From positions 9,676-73,675 of the forward strand of contig DATDBI010000324.1 of assembly GCA_036524915.1 (NCBI GenBank): 64,000 nucleotides of DNA, written 5' to 3'. Made by a program: the position numbers and the translations under genes. This document shows, one piece after another, positions 58,459 through 64,000 of this stretch. The notes beneath the pieces were generated by a model. That model saw nothing but the letters and a program-made list of their open reading frames with translations. It searched no databases and was not told the origin of the DNA. Source of the stretch: Lysobacter sp. (lineage in GTDB: Bacteria; Pseudomonadota; Gammaproteobacteria; Xanthomonadales; Xanthomonadaceae). How positions within the stretch are numbered: the stretch's first letter is position 1; each line of letters opens with the position of its first letter.

Positions 58459-59391
58459 TCAGCGCGTGGCGGTGGTGGTGGGCTTGCCGGAATGCGACAG
58501 CGACCAGACGTAGGCGGCGACGAGGCGAGCGCGGGTTTCGCCGAGAATCTGGCGATGCGCCGGCATGGTGCCGTGGCGGCCGTTGTTGATCGTCTCGCGC
58601 ATGCTCTGCGTGCTGTTGCCGTACATCCAGTAGTCGTCGGTCAGGTCAGGCGCACCGAGTTCCTGGTTGCCCTTGCCGTCGACACCGTGGCAGGCCACGC
58701 ACACGCCGTTGTAGAGGCTCTTGCCCTGCGCGGCCATGTAGTTGTTCTGCATGCTGTCCGGGTCCGACAGCGTGCGCACGTAGGCGATGACGTAGTCGAC
58801 CGCGTTGTCGCCGCCCATGCCGGTGAGCACCTTCCCCCATTCCGGCATCACGCCTTCGCGGCCGTCGAGCACCGTCTGCAGCACGCGGTCGGGCGAGCCG
58901 CCCCAGTGCCAGATGTCGTCGCTGAGGTTCGGGTAGCCGATCGCGCCGCGGGCCGATGAGCCGTGGCAGGTGGCGCAGGTGTTGTTGAAGATCGAGCGTC
59001 CCAGCGCCACCGCCTTGGGGTCGCGCGCGACCACATCGATGGACTTGCCCGCATACGGAGCAAATGTCTGCTCCAGCTTGCGGTCGTCGCGGGCCTTGTC
59101 GGCCGCCTGTTCCTTGGCCGAGGTCCACTTGCTGGTGCCGGCAAAGGCGCCCAGGCCCGGGTAGTAGATGAGATAGCCGATCGCGAACACGATGGTGATG
59201 TAGAACAGGTTGATCCACCACCGCGGCATCGGCTTGTTGTATTCGGTGATGTCGCCGTCCCAGTAGTGGCTGGTTTCGGTCGGCCCCGGATCGCCGGGCT
59301 TGCGCTTGCCGGTCCACCACAACAGCCACACGCAGCCCAGGATGTTGATGGCGACGATGGCGATCACGTACCACGACCATGCGGCGGTCAT
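58459..59391 (-). CDS. ccoP: cbb3 cytochrome c oxidase subunit III
   Basis: HYWDGDITEYNKPMPRWW; two haem motifs CATCH and CVACH. Confidence 0.95.
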   Translation of the reverse strand: MTAAWSWYVIAIVAINILGCVWLLWWTGKRKPGDPGPTETSHYWDGDITEYNKPMPRWWINLFYITIVFAIGYLIYYPGLGAFAGTSKWTSAKEQAADKARDDRKLEQTFAPYAGKSIDVVARDPKAVALGRSIFNNTCATCHGSSARGAIGYPNLSDDIWHWGGSPDRVLQTVLDGREGVMPEWGKVLTGMGGDNAVDYVIAYVRTLSDPDSMQNNYMAAQGKSLYNGVCVACHGVDGKGNQELGAPDLTDDYWMYGNSTQSMRETINNGRHGTMPAHRQILGETRARLVAAYVWSLSHSGKPTTTATR

Positions 59392-59543
59392 GACCTGTTC
59401 TCCTTGTTGGCGACCGCATCGTGCTCATCGAGCGGGAGTTGCGCGGCCGCGTCGAATTCCTGCTTGCGCCTCGGACTCCAGGCCCAGATCCAGCCGCCGA
59501 TGAACAACACCAGCAGCACCGCGGTAATGATTCCAGAGGTCAT
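59388..59543 (-). CDS. ccoQ: cbb3 cytochrome c oxidase subunit IV (51 aa, absent from the supplied ORF track)
   Basis: Manual translation MTSGIITAVLLVLFIGGWIWAWSPRRKQEFDAAAQLPLDEHDAVANKENRS; ATGA overlap with ccoP. Confidence 0.92.
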   Translation of the reverse strand: MTSGIITAVLLVLFIGGWIWAWSPRRKQEFDAAAQLPLDEHDAVANKENRS

Positions 59544-59544
59544 C

Positions 59545-60159
59545 TCAGCCACCCCTCGGTGCGTGCTTGCCCAGCGCCTGCAGGTAGGCGACCACGGCGT
59601 CGAGTTCGGTCTTGCCCTTGACCGCGGCGGCAGCGCCGGCGAGATCCTCGGGTGTGTACGGGTCGCCGATGCGCTTGAGTGCGCGCATCCTGCGTTCCAC
59701 TTCGGCGCCGTCCACCTTGTTCTCCGCCAGCCACGGGAAGCTGGGCATGTTCGACTCGGGCACCACGTCGCGCGGGTTGATCAGGTGCACGCGGTGCCAG
59801 TCGTCGGAGTAGCGTCCGCCGACGCGGGCCAGGTCCGGGCCGGTGCGCTTGCTGCCCCACTGGAACGGATGGTCGTAGACCGACTCGCCCGCGAGCGAGT
59901 AATGGCCGTAGCGCTCGGTCTCGAAGCGCAGCGTGCGAATCATCTGCGAGTGGCAGTTGTAGCAGCCCTCGCGGACATAGACATCGCGCCCGGCCAGCTG
60001 CAGTGCAGGGTAGGGCTTCACGCCGGGGAGCGGTTTCACCGCCTCGGCCTGGTACATCAGCGGCACGATCTCGGCCAGGCCGCCGAACGACACGGCGACC
60101 GCGATCAACACCGCCATCAGGCCGATATTGGTCTCAACTTTCTCGTGGGAATGGCTCAT
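59545..60159 (-). CDS. ccoO: cbb3 cytochrome c oxidase subunit II
   Basis: [12 protein letters not shown] and [14 protein letters not shown] motifs. Confidence 0.96.
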   Translation of the reverse strand: MSHSHEKVETNIGLMAVLIAVAVSFGGLAEIVPLMYQAEAVKPLPGVKPYPALQLAGRDVYVREGCYNCHSQMIRTLRFETERYGHYSLAGESVYDHPFQWGSKRTGPDLARVGGRYSDDWHRVHLINPRDVVPESNMPSFPWLAENKVDGAEVERRMRALKRIGDPYTPEDLAGAAAAVKGKTELDAVVAYLQALGKHAPRGG

Positions 60160-60166
60160 GTCGACC

Positions 60167-61609
<1,443 letters not shown>

Positions 61610-61641
61610 TTGCTTCCCCTCCGCGATGGCGGATCGCCGGC

Positions 61642-61683
61642 ATTCTAGGAACGCGCTGTCCGTGCGCGTTTGACCTGGATCAA
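61642..61683 (-). promoter_or_regulatory. class II FNR-dependent promoter of ccoN
   Basis: FNR box TTGATCCAGGTCAA (61683-61670) and -10 TAGAAT (61647-61642); box centre falls about -41.5 from the predicted +1 (~61635). Confidence 0.88.
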
Positions 61684-61770
61684 GTGGCGGGCGGCGGGCA
61701 AACGAGCGCCGGCACCAAGCGGATCGAGCCTAGATCGCCCGACGTGAAGGCGAGTTTCATCACGGTCGTT

Positions 61771-61977
61771 TCACGCCCCGACGCCGTGCGGCTGGATGAC
61801 GCCACTGGCGATGCCGGCGGCCACCAGGCCGATCAGGGCGATGGACAGGCCGATCCGCCAGGTCAGGGCGTTGACCGCCCGTTTGCTCTGGCCGCGATCG
61901 ACGAGCATGTAATAGAGGGCGGCGCCGAGGTTGTAGACGATCAGGCCGAGGAAGGCGACGACCAGCAGGGTTTTCAT
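61771..61977 (-). CDS. twin transmembrane helix small protein (DUF2909/HIG1-like)
   Basis: LIVYNLGAALYYMLVDRG.SKR.VNALTWRIGLS...IQPHG pattern. Confidence 0.82.
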   Translation of the reverse strand: MKTLLVVAFLGLIVYNLGAALYYMLVDRGQSKRAVNALTWRIGLSIALIGLVAAGIASGVIQPHGVGA

Positions 61978-62324
61978 GGGTTGGACTCGTGGGGGGAGGC
62001 CGGCAGGCGCCGGCCGCGCAGGCGCGCAAACCAGGCCCGGCGCAGCAGCAGGGTCAGGGTCATCACGCCCAGGTAGAGGCCGTAGGCGAGCGAGGTCGCC
62101 AGCACCTGCTTCCACATCGGACCGAAGCCCGGGTCGGCGTGGCGCATGCCCCAGTACATGCCGGCGAAGGCGGCGGCCGAGGCCAGGGCAAGCGCGGCCG
62201 AATCGGCGAGGGCCCGGGCCGGTCCGCGCGGCTGCCGCGGGTACATCCAGTAGAGGACCGACAGGATGGCGAACCAGGGGGCGAACAGGATCAGGGCGAG
62301 GTGCAGCTGCACGTCCGCGGACAT
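61974..62324 (-). CDS. hypothetical 3-TM membrane protein
   Basis: LALILFAPWF..L..LYW.YPR...GPMWKQVLAT..AYG; ATGA overlap with the next gene. Confidence 0.75.
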   Translation of the reverse strand: MSADVQLHLALILFAPWFAILSVLYWMYPRQPRGPARALADSAALALASAAAFAGMYWGMRHADPGFGPMWKQVLATSLAYGLYLGVMTLTLLLRRAWFARLRGRRLPASPHESNP

Positions 62325-62354
62325 GGCGGCGGGCTCGTGATGGGGAATGCGCGC

Positions 62355-62415
62355 AGTCTAGGCCGTGGGTATCAGTCGGCATAGAATCAGAAATGGTGAA
62401 AAAAACCGTATCAGA
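62355..62415. promoter_or_regulatory. divergent promoter region with three ATCAG(A/T) direct repeats (putative MocR-family operator)
   Basis: ATCAGT 62371, ATCAGA 62386, ATCAGA 62410; -10-like TAGAAT (+, 62382) and TAGACT (-, 62360-62355). Confidence 0.55.
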
Positions 62416-62443
62416 TGGCCCGCACCTGGACAGACCCGCCCCC

Positions 62444-63868
62444 ATGAAGCGCTACCAGGCCCTGGCCGACGACATCGCCCACTCGATCCAGGCCGGCGTC
62501 TTCCGCCCGGGCGAACGCCTGCCGTCGGTCCGGCAGACCTGCGCCGCCCGCAAGCTCAGCCCGGCCACCGTGTTCCAGGCCTATTACCTCCTCGAAGCCA
62601 GGGGCCTGGTCGAATCGCGGGCGCGCTCGGGCTACTACGTCGCCCAACACCCGCCGCTGTTGCCGCCGGAACCGGAGACCGCGTCCCGCCCCGACGGAGA
62701 TTCGCGCAGTGTCGATGTCAGCGAGCTGGTCTTCGAGGTGCTGCAATCGGCCATGGACCGCGACGTCGTGCCGTTCGGTTCGGCGTTCCCGAGCCCGCTG
62801 CTTTTCCCGCTACCCAGACTCGGCCGTGCCATCGCCGCCACCGCGGTCGATCTCGATCCATGGAGCACGGTCGACGACCTCACGCCGGGGCTGGGCGAAC
62901 TTCGCCGGCAGATCAGCCAGCGGTACCTGATCGACGGCATCGACGTTGCCGCCGACGAGATCGTCATCACCAACGGTGCGATGGAGGCGTTGAACCTCAG
63001 TCTTTCGGTGATAGCCCGCCCGGGTGATGCCGTGCTGGTGGAGTCACCGTGTTTCTACGCGGTACTGCAGACGCTCGAGCGCAATGGCCTGCACGCGATC
63101 GAAGTGCCCACGCACCCGCGTGACGGCATCGACCTGGTCGCGCTGGAATCGGCGATCCGCCGCCATGCGCCGCGCGCGTGCTGGCTGATGCCGACCTTCC
63201 ACAACCCGCTCGGCGCGACCGTGCCGGAGTCGGGCAAGCGTGATCTTGTCGCGTTGCTCGCCCAACACGGTATCCCGCTGATCGAGGACGACGTCTACGC
63301 CGAGTTGCACTTCGGTCCCAAGCGCCTGCTGCCGGCGAAGGCATTCGACCGCGACGGACTGGTGATGCATTGCTCGTCGTTTTCCAAGTGCCTCGCACCC
63401 GGTTACCGGATCGGCTGGGTCGCGGCAGGCCGGTTCCGCCAGGCGATCGCGCGCAACAAGCTCACCACCACGCTCAACACCAATGTGCCGGCGCAGCTGG
63501 CCATCGCGCGCTACCTCCAGCGCGGTGGCTACGACCGTCACTTGCGTCGCTTGCGCGCCACGCTGGCGGTGCAGCAGGAGCAGTACAGCGCCGCGGTCGC
63601 GCGCTGGTTTCCGGCGGGCACGCGGGTGACGCGTCCATCCGGTGGCTACTTCGCCTGGATCGAACTGCCCGACGGCTGCGATGCACTGGCCCTGCAGCGA
63701 CAAGCCGTGCGCAGCGGCATCAGCATCGCGCCCGGGCCCATGTTTTCCGCGAGCCGTGGCTTCGGCCACTGCCTGCGCCTGAACTTCGGACATCCGCTGG
63801 ATTCGCGCGCCGATGCAGCGCTGCAGCAGCTGGGCGCGATGGCGGCAGCCCAGGCGCCGGGCGGATGA
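62444..63868 (+). CDS. MocR/GabR-family regulator (GntR wHTH + PLP aminotransferase domain), MpaR-like
   Basis: MKRYQALADDI...LPSVRQ...TVFQAYYLLE..G....ARSGYYV; IEDDVYAEL; SFSKCLAPGYRIGW (PLP lysine). Confidence 0.9.
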   Translation: MKRYQALADDIAHSIQAGVFRPGERLPSVRQTCAARKLSPATVFQAYYLLEARGLVESRARSGYYVAQHPPLLPPEPETASRPDGDSRSVDVSELVFEVLQSAMDRDVVPFGSAFPSPLLFPLPRLGRAIAATAVDLDPWSTVDDLTPGLGELRRQISQRYLIDGIDVAADEIVITNGAMEALNLSLSVIARPGDAVLVESPCFYAVLQTLERNGLHAIEVPTHPRDGIDLVALESAIRRHAPRACWLMPTFHNPLGATVPESGKRDLVALLAQHGIPLIEDDVYAELHFGPKRLLPAKAFDRDGLVMHCSSFSKCLAPGYRIGWVAAGRFRQAIARNKLTTTLNTNVPAQLAIARYLQRGGYDRHLRRLRATLAVQQEQYSAAVARWFPAGTRVTRPSGGYFAWIELPDGCDALALQRQAVRSGISIAPGPMFSASRGFGHCLRLNFGHPLDSRADAALQQLGAMAAAQAPGG

Positions 63869-63923
63869 GGCATCCGGACCGGGCTTCATCTCCCCTATAG
63901 GCGGCCTGCCTAGAATCCGCCGG

Positions 63924-64000
63924 ATGAGCCGGTCCCGTCCCGTCGAGGTCGTCCTGCTGGCAGTGCTGGCGCTGTCAGTGGTCGCGCCCGCGCAGGCGCG
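63924..64000 (+). CDS. 5' fragment of a secreted protein (runs off the window)
   Basis: MSRSRPVEVVLLAVLALSVVAPAQA signal peptide; TAGAAT 63911-63916 lies 7 nt before the ATG. Confidence 0.55.
   Translation, partial: MSRSRPVEVVLLAVLALSVVAPAQA

Overview
High-GC gammaproteobacterial chromosome segment. Gene content and order suggest Xanthomonadales/Lysobacteraceae; this is inferred, not proven. (1) 0.1-9 kb, mixed accessory region: L,D-transpeptidase + M23 peptidase, an SPFH lipoprotein, a UbiE-like methyltransferase, a stand-alone threonine-synthase-like PLP enzyme, and a divergent acyltransferase-3 / membrane-anchored LytTR pair with ~21-bp-period direct repeats between them. (2) 9.2-40.9 kb, one contiguous glucuronoxylan/xylose utilisation (CUT) locus: xylB-xylA-xylE, LacI XylR, GH67, acetylesterase, mannonate dehydratase, GH43 x2, GH3, UxuB, SMP-30 lactonase, GH2, UxaC, GH10, two more MFS transporters, a TonB-dependent receptor and a mutarotase, with three XylR-type operators. 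(3) 41-51.7 kb, assorted genes: dodecin, ABM protein, ClsC-like PLD, Gnd, an AlkZ-like (QSQ) HTH_42 DNA glycosylase, AmiD-like amidase, APC permease and an OmpA-like barrel. (4) 51.8-64 kb, a complete cbb3 oxidase locus (ccoNOQP-hyp-GHIS-tauE) with a class II FNR promoter and a convergent fnr; upstream are two small membrane-protein genes divergent from an MpaR-like MocR regulator with ATCAG repeats. No rRNA, tRNA, CRISPR array or IS element was seen. Best candidates for poorly described systems: the MocR/MpaR + FNR dual-input cbb3 module, the membrane LytTR-acyltransferase module, the lipoprotein lactonase in the xylan locus, and the AlkZ-like glycosylase. All family assignments come from motif recognition by eye, without database searches.
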